A stretch of 64,000 bases of DNA from Selaginella moellendorffii (Eukaryota; Plantae; Lycopodiophyta): positions 2,654,603 to 2,718,602 of the forward strand of contig NW_003314262.1 of NCBI RefSeq assembly GCF_000143415.4. Reading direction: 5' to 3'. The translations under genes and the position numbers were made by a program. Shown piece after piece: positions 12,215-25,934 of the stretch. The notes under the pieces are model-generated. The model made no database searches. It was given only the letters and a program-made list of their open reading frames with translations, and was not told where the DNA came from. Within the stretch, counting starts at the first letter, position 1; each line of letters opens with the position of its first letter.

Positions 12215-13879
12215 TCAATTCCACGCCGATGCCGACACGAGCGATCGATCCAGCCAGCCCAAATAGATGACACCATCCTCCTCGCTCAGCTTATACTTGT
12301 CGCAATACGTCTTGAGCAAGCAGCTGATGGTCTGGTTGACATAGCGGCTGAGCGGGTACTGCTTGAACCCGGCCATGCTCATCCTGGCCCTCCACTTCCC
12401 CATCACCTCGTGCCGCTCGATCCTCTCGGCCCCCTCGCACGCGATGAGGTTCACCAGATCCCGCGCCAGGCAGTGCTGCTCCACACTGATCCGCTCCTTG
12501 CTCTGCCGCGGCAGCGTCACGTCCAGCGACTCAAACACGGCGCCGTAGTAGCTGAGCGACTCCTTGAACCGCGCCAGGAACGGCGCGGTGTTGGTGTTGG
12601 CCTCCTGCTCCACAAGCGTCACGATCTTGGGGCCCAGCGACTTGGCCATGCGCAGCAGCCGGTCCCGGGGGTTCGAAACGCTGACGCTCTCGTCGGGCAT
12701 GTGGTGCAGCTGCATGGCAAAGTTGACGGCCAGCGCCTCGCCGGGCCGCCGCTGCAGCGCCGCCGCGTCCGTCACCCCGGCGCCGCTGAGGGGCACGGCG
12801 TGGAACTCTAAGGGCACGCCGTGGTCGGCGGCCAGCACCGCCAGCCTCCGCCCCACCGCCGCCACCCCGCCCGGCGCCGCCACGCCCGCCGCCGGGTCCC
12901 CCACCCCGGTGATCCGTACGGTCGGCGGCCCGCCCGGCCGCCGCGCCAGCGCCTGGATGAGCGCGATGTACTGCGTTCCCTGCGCGATCTCAAAGTCGAT
13001 AATGTGGACGCGTGGCTCGTCCTTGAGCGCCTCGGCTATGGCGCCGTTGGCCGCCATGTAGCCGAACTTGATGTACGGGCACACCTCGTACATCACCTGC
13101 ATTGCCGAGAGGATCTCGTTGCCCACCGGCTCCTTGCACCGCAGCGCGCGGCACAGCCCCGTCCCCGACGATTGGATTCGCGCCACCAGCCCCTCCACCA
13201 TGTACGCCGCCAGCCGCTCCATGGGCTGGCCGTAGATGCACACCACCTGGTTAAGGCGCGAGATCACCACCTCCGCCAGCGCGAAGTCGCCGTTGGCGAT
13301 GGATTCCGCGCACAGGAGGAGGAGCTGCCGCGGGTCGCCCATCCGCTCCACCAGATCCCGCGAGATGCTGGGCGCAAGCATGGCTCCCCCTCCGCCTCCT
13401 CCTCCATCGCCGCCCAGGAGATCGAGCATGAATGTGGAGGTGGTGGAGGAATCCGGCGAGGATTTGTAGTCGAGCTCGTCGTCGTCGTCCAGCAGGAGCC
13501 GGCTCTCGATCTCGCGCAGCGCGTGCTGGATGCTGCTGGAGGAGCTACTGTTATAATCCTGCTGGCGCTGCGAGGGATTCGCGTAGAAATCGAGCTCCTC
13601 CTGCTTCAAGGGCTTGGAGGCGGCGGAGCTCACCGCGGTGGGCGGGGAGGAGGAGGAGCCGGAGCTCTGGCTGGTGGAGGACGACCACGATCCCCCGCCG
13701 CCGCCGCCGCCGCCGCCGCCCATGGATTGATCTAGGGGAGAGACTGGAGAACAAACCCGGTCGGCGGCGCCACTCCCCCCATCGCCACCGCCACCGCCAA
13801 GCGATCGCTGCGCGTGGTGGTGCCGCGGAGGAATCACGCCCACGCCACCGGCCTCGTTCCACGAGTATTGCATACTCAT
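12215..13879 (-). CDS. GRAS transcription factor, PAT1/SCL21 branch (intronless)
   Basis: 554-aa ORF with QLLLLCAESI, PMERLAAYMVEGLVARI, EVCPYIKFGYMAANGAIAEA, VHIIDF, LHHMPDESVS, ACEGAERIERHE and terminal SAW. Confidence 0.95.
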   Translation of the reverse strand: MSMQYSWNEAGGVGVIPPRHHHAQRSLGGGGGDGGSGAADRVCSPVSPLDQSMGGGGGGGGGGSWSSSTSQSSGSSSSPPTAVSSAASKPLKQEELDFYANPSQRQQDYNSSSSSSIQHALREIESRLLLDDDDELDYKSSPDSSTTSTFMLDLLGGDGGGGGGGAMLAPSISRDLVERMGDPRQLLLLCAESIANGDFALAEVVISRLNQVVCIYGQPMERLAAYMVEGLVARIQSSGTGLCRALRCKEPVGNEILSAMQVMYEVCPYIKFGYMAANGAIAEALKDEPRVHIIDFEIAQGTQYIALIQALARRPGGPPTVRITGVGDPAAGVAAPGGVAAVGRRLAVLAADHGVPLEFHAVPLSGAGVTDAAALQRRPGEALAVNFAMQLHHMPDESVSVSNPRDRLLRMAKSLGPKIVTLVEQEANTNTAPFLARFKESLSYYGAVFESLDVTLPRQSKERISVEQHCLARDLVNLIACEGAERIERHEVMGKWRARMSMAGFKQYPLSRYVNQTISCLLKTYCDKYKLSEEDGVIYLGWLDRSLVSASAWN

Positions 13880-14904
13880 TGCTCTCTCTTGCTCTCGCGC
13901 GCACTCGAAAATCTAGGGGAATTTCTCGAGAATCTTGAAGGAATCAAGTGAGTGGCATCGCCCAGGAGCACAAATCTTCCTCTCTCTCTCTCTCTCTCTC
14001 TCTTTTTTCAATCCTTTCCCCGGAGTCTCTGGAAGACAAATGTGATGGATACACACGAGAAATCAAAGAGGGCAACTGTGTGGCTTGCGCGTTTATAGGA
14101 AGGGCTGATAAGAGGTCCTCCCACGCTTTGTTTCTCATCATCTTAGCGAAACTTTCTTTTCATCGCTTCGCGTCGCTTTCCTCCCACTCGTTGAATTGAA
14201 TAATCAGACCTGGCACATTATACCCGTGAATAAAATAAGCATATTCCTACCAATGGTCGCAGCGCATCGTATTTCGCCCGGCCTTCGCTCGTATGCTCGC
14301 GGACTTTACCCTCTTGTCTGACCTAAGACGACCTCCCTACAGTGCCTCGCCACCTTTCTCTTTGAACTTTTTCTTTGACAAGTCGCGAGGTCCTCTTTGC
14401 GATGTTGTTAAACGCTGGAATGTCAAACACCTTGTCCCACGAGGGATACCGTATAGCCAATAGAAAATACACGTTTGTACGGAGACACATAGTTTTTGAT
14501 CCTGTCGGCAGCAAATGGCGACCATGAAGAATCGGTGTCGAGTGTTATTGTCACGCCAGTGTTCTAGTGTGGGGCATTTGGAATCTCCACCGCCCCAGTC
14601 CCAGGTTCGAATCTCTTCTCTTGTGCGTTACTCATTGGCGCTCTTACCTCATGCCCATGTCATCCTTGCATCATAGGCCGCGCAGTGATTAATTTACCAT
14701 GGAGTGATTATCTAGTGATTAAAGATAAGCTTCCTACTACAGTAGATACGCTTCCTGGATAAGGGAACAGTGTAGTAGATTCTCTGGAATTGACCTTGGA
14801 GTCAAATAATTTTATCTGGCCCACCATTAGAAATTTCGCCCGATGGACAGGGAGAGATAGAGTAAAAAAAAGCGAGCTTTATCGCTAGCTGGTAGCGAGC
14901 TCGA

Positions 14905-15457
14905 TTAGCCCCACGCCAGAGTGGGAGCGTAGTTTACGATGAGCTTCCCGTGCACGCCAAAGTTCTGTGAGAAGATCAAGCTTGAAGTCCAGGAAGAAAT
15001 CCGAGAGATGGCTTTTACCTTATAGAGATCTCCCACGGGCTCGTCTTGGCTGGGAATAAATGCTTGATTGATGAATGGAAACTGGAAAGAAGTAGCACAG
15101 AACACTCTCAATTCAATCCACAAAGAGCAGTGAACAAAAAAAGGAAAAATCGCTCACCACATTGTCCTGTTGAACTTGCCTCCGCAGAAACTTGAGAACT
15201 TTCGCGAATTTCTCCGTCGCGTCAATCTGCGCGAGGATCAAAGCCGATTGCGTCGCTTCCGCCGGAAAATGCCCAAACCTTACCTTGAATTCCGACTGGA
15301 TCAGCACTGGCGCACCTCCCGTGGAAACGAATTGGACCTTCACTGCGAGCGCTCGATCAAGAACAAAGAAAAGAAGAGAATCGAGCTGAGGATCACCTTT
15401 GGAAGGCGCAGGGGAGGGAGATTGAGGCGCTGCCGCCGCTCCGCCCACTGCTGACAT
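14905..15457 (-). CDS. ATG12: Ubiquitin-like autophagy protein ATG12 (spliced)
   Basis: Exons read [20 protein letters not shown]|[17 protein letters not shown]|[21 protein letters not shown]|[19 protein letters not shown], with the diagnostic terminal AWG. Confidence 0.92.
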
Positions 15458-15942
15458 CGCGCGCCCTAGGAATCTTTCAAATTAGGGCTTCTTGCCCAAA
15501 AGCCCTAATCCACGTGGCGGTTGGACATTCCGCTCCGGAATATATCATGGCACGTCGTGTGGACGGCATTTAAATTCCCGAACGGCAATGGCCACTCGCT
15601 CGCTCGCTCGAGGTCCGTTTTTCTTTTAATTTCGTGTGGGCAGCGCATTTCCCTTTCATTAGGTTTTTCCGTGGATCGCTTAGCTCAGCCGCGCTATCGC
15701 GATTCGCGAAGTTTCTCTCCCTCTGGTTTTCTGTGATCTTGCTCTGCGCGCATTCAATGTGGATGGGGCCTCACAGCGCCACGGCGATGCGGTGATCGTC
15801 ATCGTCGCCTGGAAGTAAGAAGTCTTCTCTCTTCTCTCTTGACTATTTCGATATTTCTGTGCTGAAATTCGGTGCCGGGACGCCTGGGAGAGGGGTGTAG
15901 GGATGAATTGAGAGGAATTCCTTTGCTGATTTGATCTCCGCG

Positions 15943-18602
15943 ATGGCTTTTTTGCTTAGAGTATTTTCTGGAAAGCGCGCAGATGCGCCGGAGGATGTGG
16001 AGCGGCTCCGGGAAGAATTTCGCCGGCGGAAGGTGTGATTTGTGCTTTTGCCATCAATGCATTGTTCTAGACAAGTTTCTCCTTTTCATGTTGTCCCAGG
16101 ACGAGGTATTTGGCGATTTGCTCCAAAATGCCGAAGTACGAGCTCTTGTTGAGGTGATCTATGATAGCTCCAACAGGGAAGCTCAGGTACAAACTTCTTA
16201 TATTCTATGTCTGTGAAGAAGCATACTCCAATTGCTTGTTTTGCAGTACTTTCTCAAGCAACCCTCGCTATCGTGGCTGAAAGAGAATCCACAGCTCGTA
16301 TTGGAGACCATTTCGGTCTTGTCTTCTCAAGGTTCTTTAAGCGTTCAAACTTTTCTCTTTTGGGTGGCCTTTTTGGTGTCACTGAAAGCTTTATCCTTGG
16401 TGTTTTCCAGATGCTCCGTTCGTTGGAAGATTGGGCGATGCCATTGAAAAGTATGGAGTCGAGGCAGTGTCTGATATAGTGCTCGAGCTATTCAACCAGA
16501 TATCATATCTTACGAGGCAGCTAGGCTTGGGTGATAGTTTAACAGATGGATTAGAATACGGATGGGAGTTAGGGAGTCCGCTTTCAAGCAGGCCCAGACA
16601 TACGCGCCGTCAGAATCAGCTTCTTTGGACAGGAAGGAGTAGTCTCACCTTTCCGGTACCCTCTCATTGTCAACGTGATGGGCCGGATAAGTTAGATCGC
16701 TGCATGGACGAGCCTTTACCTGTATCAACGTCGCCGAGAGACGATAATGACGTTGTCAACGGGTGTGAACAGTATGACAGGCGAAATTCAGTAAAGCAGA
16801 GCGCATCTACAGTGGGGAAATCTAGTGCCGGCGAGGCAGAGAACAACAGGATGCGGGTACTTATTCCTCCAGCCCCTCGAATTGCTCAAGCAGCGAGCGA
16901 TGAAGCACCGAAGCTTGTTGCTGCGGACGGGGACTTTCGGGAGACGCCGGGAGTTTCTTCAAGGGGACATAGCAGCAGGCGTAGTATGAGTTGTGGTGGA
17001 AGTGAGCTCTACACCTCCGATTCCGACGATGACAGCTTCTCTACGTCAAGCCAAATGAGCTTACTGGTTGCCGTGTCCGAGTCGCATAGTTCCGGTTCAT
17101 CGAGTGCAGATGATTTAGCTTCAGAATCTGGTAGAAACGAGGCAAGGGTTGTGCCCGAAGACAACTCCGAAGGTTGTACAGGCACTGGGAAAACAGGTGT
17201 GCACCAACTTTCTGTTTCTTCTTTGTCTGATTTTGTTTTGTATCAGGCATGGAGGAGGCAGGTGCGGCTCCTGCTCACGATTTCCCTGCCTTCAAGCCCG
17301 AGATCCAGATCCAGGATGGAGGTGAGGAATATCTCGACAAGCTGCCAATATACTCCTCGGTCGTTCTATCAAGCAAAAGCTCCGGCTCCGAGAACGAGAA
17401 GGACTTGAGTTTCTATGCGCCGGAAATGTGGACTTATTCTGAGAAGGAGGGCCATGATTTAGACGGTACAGAAGCCAGTCGCAGAAATGCTCCTGAACAG
17501 CAAGCATCCAACGACACCAGCGAGCATGAGGAAGAGCTTATGGAGGAAGTTAAAGTGGTGATAGTACCCAGTGTCGAAGACAAGTACGTGTCTGTTTCGG
17601 TTCAACCCGTTACGATCGATTCTTGGAGAAATGAGTCAGGCGGAGCACAGGTTCAGGATGATCTGTTTGCTGTGAAAAGGATGGAAAATCCTGTTTCGGA
17701 AGAAGTCAAGGATGACACCGAGAACTTGGAAGAAAATGGTGGTAAGCTTCAAGGCGGAATTCTCGTAGCAAAAACACTCCAAGCACCAGGCTCTGGTGAA
17801 TTGGCGGCAGACTCCGAGTTCCAGTTAGAGAAATTCAAGGAAGCAACATCCAACTCGGGAGACGAGGATTTAGCAGCCGCAAGCTTGAGCAAAGCCATAG
17901 AAAGAGATGAGCTGGGAGGTGCCGGTGAGAAGAACTCACAAGACGTGGATAAGAACTATGATGATGCGAGGAACGGGGAACAGGTGGTGGACGACGTTCA
18001 TTTAAACAGCTCTAGTGTAGATGGAAATGGAGATCTCGAGAAACAGGCCGATGTGAAGGAGAGCTCGCTGTTGGCCGAGGATCACCAAGCAAGTGAAGCA
18101 CTACACTCGGAAGATGACGGGCTTCCACCACCCGAGAATTCTCGCTCCTCGGCGGATTACTTGGAAAGGCTAAGAGAGGAAGATGGTCCAGAGATAGCAG
18201 CCACTCAGAAAAGCGAGCCTCCAAAAGCTCCAGATTCTCCACCGAAGCCGGAGTCACTGCTCGTCCCTTACTCGGGCCTCATCGCACTATCCGGTCCCAT
18301 TGCGTATCCCTCTTCACACTCGGGGACAGTGCCATACTCTGGAAGCTTGTCTTTGCGGTCGGACAGCAGCACCAACAGTACGCGCTCGTTCGCTTTCCCG
18401 GTGTAAGTCATGGCTAAACTTTCGTGCATTTGCTTTTAAAGGGTAGAGCTTTCTAACAGTAGTGCTTTACAGTTTGTCAAGTGAGTGGAACAGCAGTCCG
18501 GTTAAGATGGCCCCTCCCGAGAGGAATTATATGCATCACAGGAGACGCTCGTGGCGCTCGCTGTGCTGCTTTTGCCCCACTCCCGGATACAGTGCCGATT
18601 GA
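15943..18602 (+). CDS. Long acidic disordered protein with BASL/gar2-related C-terminal motif (multi-exon)
   Basis: In-phase GT-AG introns join ORFs 16431-17195 and 17247-18402. The C-terminus is PYSGSLSLRSDSSTNSTRSFAFPV|LSSEWNSSPVKMA...RRRSWRSLCCFC, stop at 18600-18602. The start codon is uncertain. Confidence 0.75.
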
Positions 18603-19503
18603 TTCCAGTAAGAAATGGTTTTTTTTTTTTCCCTCTCTCGAGCTTGATGGCAATTTGCTCCTTTCCCAGGTAAGAAAAGTTTTGCCGATAACTTAAGTTA
18701 GTTTTTGCTCTTACAGGGCCTCTCCTGGTAAGATGACAACTTTAGCATCCACAGATCATCTCTCTTTTCTCTCTCGGGTAAGCGGAGATTCCCACTAAAA
18801 CAAACTTTGCTTAGCTTGTTTTTCTTCTCGATCTCTTCAGGAACGCGACGATCAACGCGTTTTTGCTTTTCGGAAGCGTCGTGTATTTCGTACCTCTGCC
18901 CCGTTCCCAGCGCGTCCCTTTCCCGTGATCGCTGTAAACTTCTGTTTAATCAGTTTAGTCTCAAGAGTGTTCTTCGCGGAGACGTAACCAACGTGGCCGG
19001 CGGGCTGCGACTGCCATTGCGATCTCGCCAGGTGGCAAAGATCTTGTCGATAACGACCGAATAATCACGTCCGTCAGTGTGAATATTTACCCTGCTGGTC
19101 TAGCAGCGATTTTTTACCTGTCCATATCTCGGGGTTAAGAGTTTTACCACGTTAGTATTAACCGGGTTTAGAATTTTAGCGGCGGGTAAATTTGAAAATC
19201 AAGACCATTTTGCGAGGCTCTGGAGTCTTCGATTCTTGTCGCTAGGGTTTGGAGCCAGCGCGGCGGCGCTCGCGCCCGGAGCGCCAGGCGAAATTCAATG
19301 CAGTGCCTCCGTCGAGCTGGAGAGAGGTTTGAAATCTCGCTGTACGCTTCTCTTCTCCAATTCTTTCCTCATCCCAGCGTTCTTCTCCATCCCGGCACGC
19401 CTGATTCTCTCTTCTCTCGTATTCTCGAATGATATTTCCCGAGATCTAACTCTTGTTGCATCGCGAGAGAGGGGAGCGAGATAGATCTTCTTCGTCCTAA
19501 TAC

Positions 19504-21204
19504 ATGAGCTCCAATGAAGCCACCGAGATGGAGATTGAGGAGGAGCAGGGCGAGGAATGGATAAAGGTACTGGGATCAGACCAACTCCTCATCGTTCTCC
19601 ACTTCTTACCAGTCTCTGGGATCGTAGCCTTCGGATTGACATGCCATCGCTTCTACGATCTCGTCAGCTCGGACAGCCTCTGGGCCAGGATCTGCCGCCG
19701 CGAGTGGGGCGATGCGGTGGTGGATGCGTGGCCCAATTCCAGGCTCCGCAAGCGCAGCTGGAAGCAACTCTACGCCGAGATGCTCTTTTGCGGCGCTGTT
19801 GCGTGGCATCACTTGGAGCAGCCGGACCCGCTACCGCTTGGCCGCGCGTCCCACTCCATGATCAACGCTTATGGCAAAGTTTTCGTCTTTGGAGGAGGAT
19901 GCGAAGGAGGTACGTATCTATACTACACTTCTATATGGTTTCCACCTCCCTCCCTACTTTCTTTCCATCTGGCGAAGGGTCCTTCTCGTTTGTTTTAACG
20001 TCTTTGTCCGAGACTTCCACTGTGGATAAGTCATTCCTCGAATCTTCTTGTCTCACTGTGCCTTGGATCTCGTCTCTTGAAGTGTTTGCATTGTTTTATG
20101 CATGGTCTTCGATGGTTTGAGAGCTCACGTTCATGCTTTTAGACTTTCACGGTCTTTCGCTGTGGTTTAAGTCATTCCTTGGATCTTCTTGTCTCTCGCC
20201 TTGTTTCAATGCATGAACTTCGATGGTTGTAACGCTCAGGAAAGCTGCTTTTGGCATTTGCAGGGAGAGCTCTAGGCGACACATGGATCGCGCCACTTCC
20301 CAGCAACACCCTGCTCACCGGCATCCACTGGCAGCTCCCACGCATCCAAAACCCGCCGGCTCGATTCGGGCACAGCTGCGTCTACCTCGAGGACGTTGGC
20401 CTCCTCGTCCTCTTCGGCGGCATCAGCGACACCGGCACCCGCTACCTCGACACATGGATCAACGACACCACCACCACCGCCGCCGCTAGCTCCTGGCACC
20501 TCCTCCCCGTCTCGCACTCGCCGCTGGCCCGGGGAGCTCACGCATGCTGCTACGCCGGCGATAAGAAGGTGGTGGTCTTCGGCGGCATTCGTAACGACGG
20601 GGCGAGGCTCCACGATACATGGGTGCTGGATCTATCCCAAGAGCCGCCCTCTTGGCGGGAGGTGGCGACGCAAGCTTCCCCCTGCGCGAGGTCGGGTCAC
20701 ACTCTCACGAGGATCGCCACCAACCGGATGGTCCTCTTTGGCGGCCGGGGCGCTCACTTCGAGGTCCTCAACGACGTCTGGCTGCTCAGCCTCCAAGACC
20801 AGCGTCCAACTTGGACGGAGCTCTCACGGACCATAACCGACGAGGCGCCGTCTCCCCGGGCCGGTCACTCGGCCTCGATCATCTTCGGCAACAGGATCCT
20901 GATCTTCGGCGGCGAGGACGCGCGGCGGACGAAGAAACGCGATGTGTGGGTGCTGGATCCCGAGGCAGTAGCAGCAGCAGCGCCATCCTCGTCGTCGCCA
21001 ACTTGCTCGGAGAAGAACTACGGGCGGAAGTTTTGGAAGAAGCTGCGAGTACGTGGCCAGTCCCCGAGCCGGACGTCGTTCCACGGTGCCTGTAGCCTGG
21101 GGACGGGCCACGCCGTCCTCGTCTTTGGTGGCATGGTAGATGATCCGAGCTCGTCTGGCATAGTTTTTAACTCGGGCCTCTTTCTTCTCCAGCTCATTCC
21201 TTGA
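19504..21204 (+). CDS. F-box/kelch-repeat protein (intron ~19910-20264)
   Basis: N-terminal F-box (LGSDQLLIVLHFLP...SDSLWARIC) followed by kelch repeats (GRASHS..VFGG, ARFGHS..LFGG, ARSGHT..LFGG, PRAGHS..IFGG). Confidence 0.92.
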
Positions 21205-21562
21205 GTGTAAGTCTCGGTTGGCTCTCGTTTTGTGCATGTAGATTTGAGTTCCTCTATCATGTAGATTTGTTGTTTGTTCTTCTTCTTTATATGCATTGCT
21301 TGATCAGTGCTATCTCGGGCCATTCGTCTTGTTTGTTGTTTGCTGCTGCTAACCTTTCAATTCCGCAGTTGGTGTTGAGAGCGTTCATTCGCTCCCATTC
21401 TTTACTGATCCTCCTCTCTGGCAATGAAAGCGAAGTCGCACTTGTTGTATGCCACCCAATGTTTAAAGTTTTTGCTCCTTGTCGTCTGTCTCGTGTCGCC
21501 GTGTTGTGTGAGAGTGTGTTTCTATGTGGGTTGTAATTTTCCGCTGTAAATCGTGTCAGCCC

Positions 21563-22940
21563 TCAAGAGAGGGGCCGGACTGCCGATTGCACGACAAGGT
21601 TGGATTGAGCCTGGGAATGCAAGCGCGCGTTTTCAAAACAAGCAAAAAGATTTTCGCACAAACCTGTAGCGCGCCATCCCCTTGCAAGTTTGCGAGGCTT
21701 GTTTCGATTCTCCGTATGTTCCTTCTCAGCCCGCGTTCGTGCCAGCACTCGACCACAAGGCGAGCTGCTGTTCCAATTCCTAAAACCACTAAAACTCCTG
21801 CGCAAGGATAACGGTATTAACGTTGTAACAACAGGATAGATAAGCAGAAGCTGTTACCGATTATGATGTTCACAGGAAGAGCGGAAGCTCCAAGAAAAAT
21901 CGAAATGAGTACGTCAAAGAGTAGCCCCGCTATCAAGATGAGCAATGCAGCCCAAAGAGGATGGAAGCGGGCCTGCAAAGCCGGCATGGATGAACAGATC
22001 GGTCATTTTGAGCTTTAAAACAATGATCGCTTACCCCACCACTTCTTCTTGGCGTGTAATTCCGGCTTCCTCGGTTGATGCCAAGCCTCCACACCCAGAA
22101 ATGTGGCTGGATAACACAAAGTTGACCGTGAGATGGTGGTAGGACAAGGAATTAAATAGCACTTCGACATACCGCGGCTTGTGCAGGAGGAGCAGGGACA
22201 TTTTCAGCGACGTGCCTGAGAGCAGTGAGTGAGAATTACTCCAAACAATCGAGATGAAAGTCTACTCTCGCGACACTGAAAGAACTACAGGAGCACCTAC
22301 TGGCAAATCTCGCATTTATTGGTGCCTTTGTTGCCAAACCACTGCTCAATGCAACTGCGATGCGCTCGCGAGAGCTCACCGCGGCAGTGGCACCCGAGCT
22401 CAATCAAAGGCTCCTCGGCATGCTGCTGACAGATCCTGGCATAGATAAAGTCTTTGCGTCACAAACAAAAGAACTGGACGAAGAAGTAGAAACAAACGAA
22501 AGAAAGAAAAGCGAAGCGACGTACCTGCAGCAATCAGCGAAACTATCCGTGCTAAAAGAGCTGGGACATCTGAAGATTCCTTGTTCTTCGCCAGGCTTGC
22601 TGGGTACTCCACTCCGATCTGCGGCGGTGGTGCCACCACCAACATCCTCACCGCCATGAACAGGAATAACGACCACTTCCACGCTCCCAATCTCGGCATT
22701 ACTATCGCCACCCGATGGATGATCGTCCGAGGTCGATGGGCCACTCGCGGTTGTAGTAGTCGAGTCGAAGCTCTCTACAGCTACCCGAGTTTCGGCCTTC
22801 TCCACAGTTTCCACAGCTTGCAATCTCTTGTCGTCAAAAGTAGTCTCTTTAATCACCACTGTGCTGGAATCTTCATCCTGTGTCGCTACTCCATCTTCCT
22901 CGGGGCAGACCTTGCGCTCCATGCCCAATTTCATTGTCAT
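21563..22940 (-). CDS. RING-CH (RINGv/MARCH-type) E3 ligase with two TM helices (spliced)
   Basis: Spliced CR|ICQQHAEEPLIELGCHCRGELSRAHRSCIEQWFGNKGTNKCEICQ (C4HC3), then HPLWAALLILIAGLLFDVLISIFLG and ALPVNIIIG|VLVVLGIGTAARL. The start codon is uncertain. Confidence 0.88.
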
Positions 22941-23526
22941 GCCCACGATCCAATGCCTTGACCTACCTCCAGCCCCCAAAATCCATGCCGAAATCCCCCT
23001 GCCGAGGAACCTAGCTAGAATTCCCTCGATCCCGGCCCCAAGAACTTCCCCGGCCGCGAAATTTCACAATTCCCCACGGCGCATCGATGCCGGATTCCAT
23101 CCAATCGCTTGATCCTACGAGCGAGAGCCACAAAATGTACCGGAGATCGCCGTCGCCGCCCTGCGCCACGGATTAAGCTCCCAGGAGCGCGCAAGGTCGG
23201 CGCCTAGAGCGCCGCCGCGATCGATCGATCAATCTTTTCTCGCGGAGCTAGCGTCAAGAAGACGCGCACGCGCCGCTCTCGCTCCTCTGCTTGGAACGGA
23301 GGAACAGTGGGGGCAAAAAAGGTTAAAAGGGGTTTAACTTTATTTCAAACAGTGAAAGGTGAAAGAGCAAATGGTATGTAAGTAGAATCCACCGTATAAT
23401 ACGTCCACGTCTCTCGAATTGGTTGAGAAATTTGCATCGATTTGACGCTTCCTTTTCCCGTTTTCTTCTTTTATTGTAAATCTCCAGGCTCGAGCGAGAA
23501 TCCTTCTTCCAGTGGATCAATCCAAA

Positions 23527-25492
23527 TCACGCAGCAACTCGGATGTAATCGATCGCGTTTCTACAAATGCCAGTCATACTTGCCTCGGGTCCAAAAACCT
23601 GCGAGACAATCCTCGTGAAAGTCAGTAAACAATGCTTTGTCAAGGATCAAAAGGAGGATTTTTTCCTCTAGACTTACTTCGATCGGGATGCCAATATCCC
23701 TGCCAAGTGTTCTCATCCTTTCCAGGCCTTTCTGGTAGTTTGGGCCCCCTCGCCTCACGAATATGTGCACCTTTGCGGCTTTCAGCTGGGATTCCTGCGG
23801 GAATGAAAAGCGAGAATAAGAAACAATAGAAAAAAACAAGAGAAAATGTTTTACCTTCTCGCGGAGCGCGCGGATGATACCATTAAACGTTGCAGCGACG
23901 TCGGTGAAGTTGGCTATGCCGCCACCGATGAGCAACGCTCGGCGGCGTCCGTCTGGATTCGCAGTGACGCACTGCAATGGAACAACTTTGACTGGGAATC
24001 GCTATGAAAGTGAGAAGTTCTTACGTCAATTAAAGCACGAGCATAGTGTAGAGTCTCCTCCTCGCTTGGCGCTCCACTGTACTCGGCGTAGTTTCCCAGC
24101 TCGTGAGCATAACCGAGGTCACCAACCTTCGATTAACGACAATAGCTTTAGACAAAAAAAGGAAAAAAGAAGGAAAAATTACTGTGTCGGCATAGATCAC
24201 ACTCGCGCCACCGCCAGCGACCATTGTCCAAATGCGACCTTTCGGATTTAGTATTGTCAGCTTTAAAGACGCACCAGTCTGAACAAAACAAATTCGAGTC
24301 ATCAGAAGACTAAGGAAAGAGAGGAAGAAGTCTGACCTTTTCATCCATCTTGTGGATTGACTCCTCAGCAGGTGTCATCACTCTGCCAAATGGAACTGGA
24401 AATTCCACATTGCCCCACCTGCATGACATCACAAGTGTCAGCATATAGCAAAAGATGTGGCAGTATACTTCTGGAAGTTTTTGAAGAGAGCTGTGTCATC
24501 CAACTCTCCACGCATGTCCAGAGGATACGGTTCGCCATTCACCAAAGTGAAGGGATTCATCTCGATCAGAGAGAAGTCCAAGTCTGAAAAAGAAAAATTC
24601 GCCTTGTAAATAAGAATGCAGGCTGTTTCATAAGGCAGTGCACCTTGAAAGACGCTAAAAACTCCTCTTATGAACGTCTCAATCTTGCCACGAATCTGCA
24701 TCAAGCACCTGTTTCCTCAGAAATATAATTGCAAGACTTTAAACTTGGAAACTTTGACCTCTAATGGAAGCGTGGCAATAAGCGGTGCACAAGTTTCCGC
24801 AGTCAAAGGCTGTTCTGTAGGCACGAAAACCGTCTTGACCTGGGAAAGAAGAAGAAAACATCAATTAGGCAACTAGCAACAAACACACCGCAATTGAAAG
24901 TATTAAACAAGCTACCTTTTCCCAGTTTTCCTCGATCTCGATGCCTCCACACTCAGAAAAACTAATCTCCACACCAAGACGATGTGACACCAGCGAAAGG
25001 TAGAACTCACTGTCGTGTGGAATAAACGGTTCCACAATGAAAGTTGTGATGGGGGCTTTGGTTCCGTCCATCTCAACCTCCCTGCCCAGCCTTTCCTTGA
25101 CAAAAGCCTCGACTCCGGCCAAGTCCAAGTTTAGAGCCACCTAAACCACCAAGTCTTGTGTCAACTTCTCTATATGACCAAGAAGGATAAATTGACAAAC
25201 TCACCAGCCCACTCTTTCCACGCTTGCCAAACAGCATGTCTGGTTTCACGACGAGCCTGGTCGAATTGAGCCATGGTTCCTTGTCAGCCAAGGCGTCGAA
25301 ATCGGTATCTTGAGTCACCTATCAAGAGCAAAGCAAAAGAAAACGATAGAGTAACGATGCAATTTGAAAAACACGACAAGAAATAAATTCTACCTGCGCG
25401 GAATGGAGCGCCAAATCGATGCTCGCCAATCGCTTGAGGTGCTGCTTGAGCAAGCGCTTGGAGTCATACTCACGGATCTTCTTCCTGGCCAT
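23527..25492 (-). CDS. ACLA: ATP-citrate lyase alpha subunit (multi-exon)
   Basis: [104 protein letters not shown]. Confidence 0.96.
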
Positions 25493-25934
25493 GGCGCTAG
25501 TGCTGCTGATGCATCAACCAATCGATCAATCAATCTATCAGCAGCATTCCAGACCGAAATTTCGCGAGATTTTCACGACACAAGCGCAGGAATGCAGCAT
25601 CGGCACGAAGATCTAGCAATTCCAGAAGAGATTTTGGAAGAGATTTCGGCAATGGAGCGACGAATCGAGATCAGCTCAGCGAATCGACACGCAAAGGAGA
25701 TGAGCACGCAAGACGACCGCGATTCTTACCTGGGAGAATGGGCGCCTTCTTCTCACCTAACCCGCCCTAACAACAAAAATAAGCAAACCTACACTTTGAT
25801 TTTAAATAGCTAGGCTAGAGAAGAATGAAACAAATTGTCTCGCTCCAGAGAGTCGAGCGCTGTCAATCATCTAATTCGCTAGCTAACTAGATCGAGGCAA
25901 ATCTCTCAAAATGTGGATCCATCGATCGGCTCGA

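Noticed and set aside
12200-13938. Multiple overlapping ORFs over the GRAS gene (similar shadows over the GH17, PPR and CCCH genes)
   Set aside because: Stop-poor alternative frames of GC-rich coding DNA.
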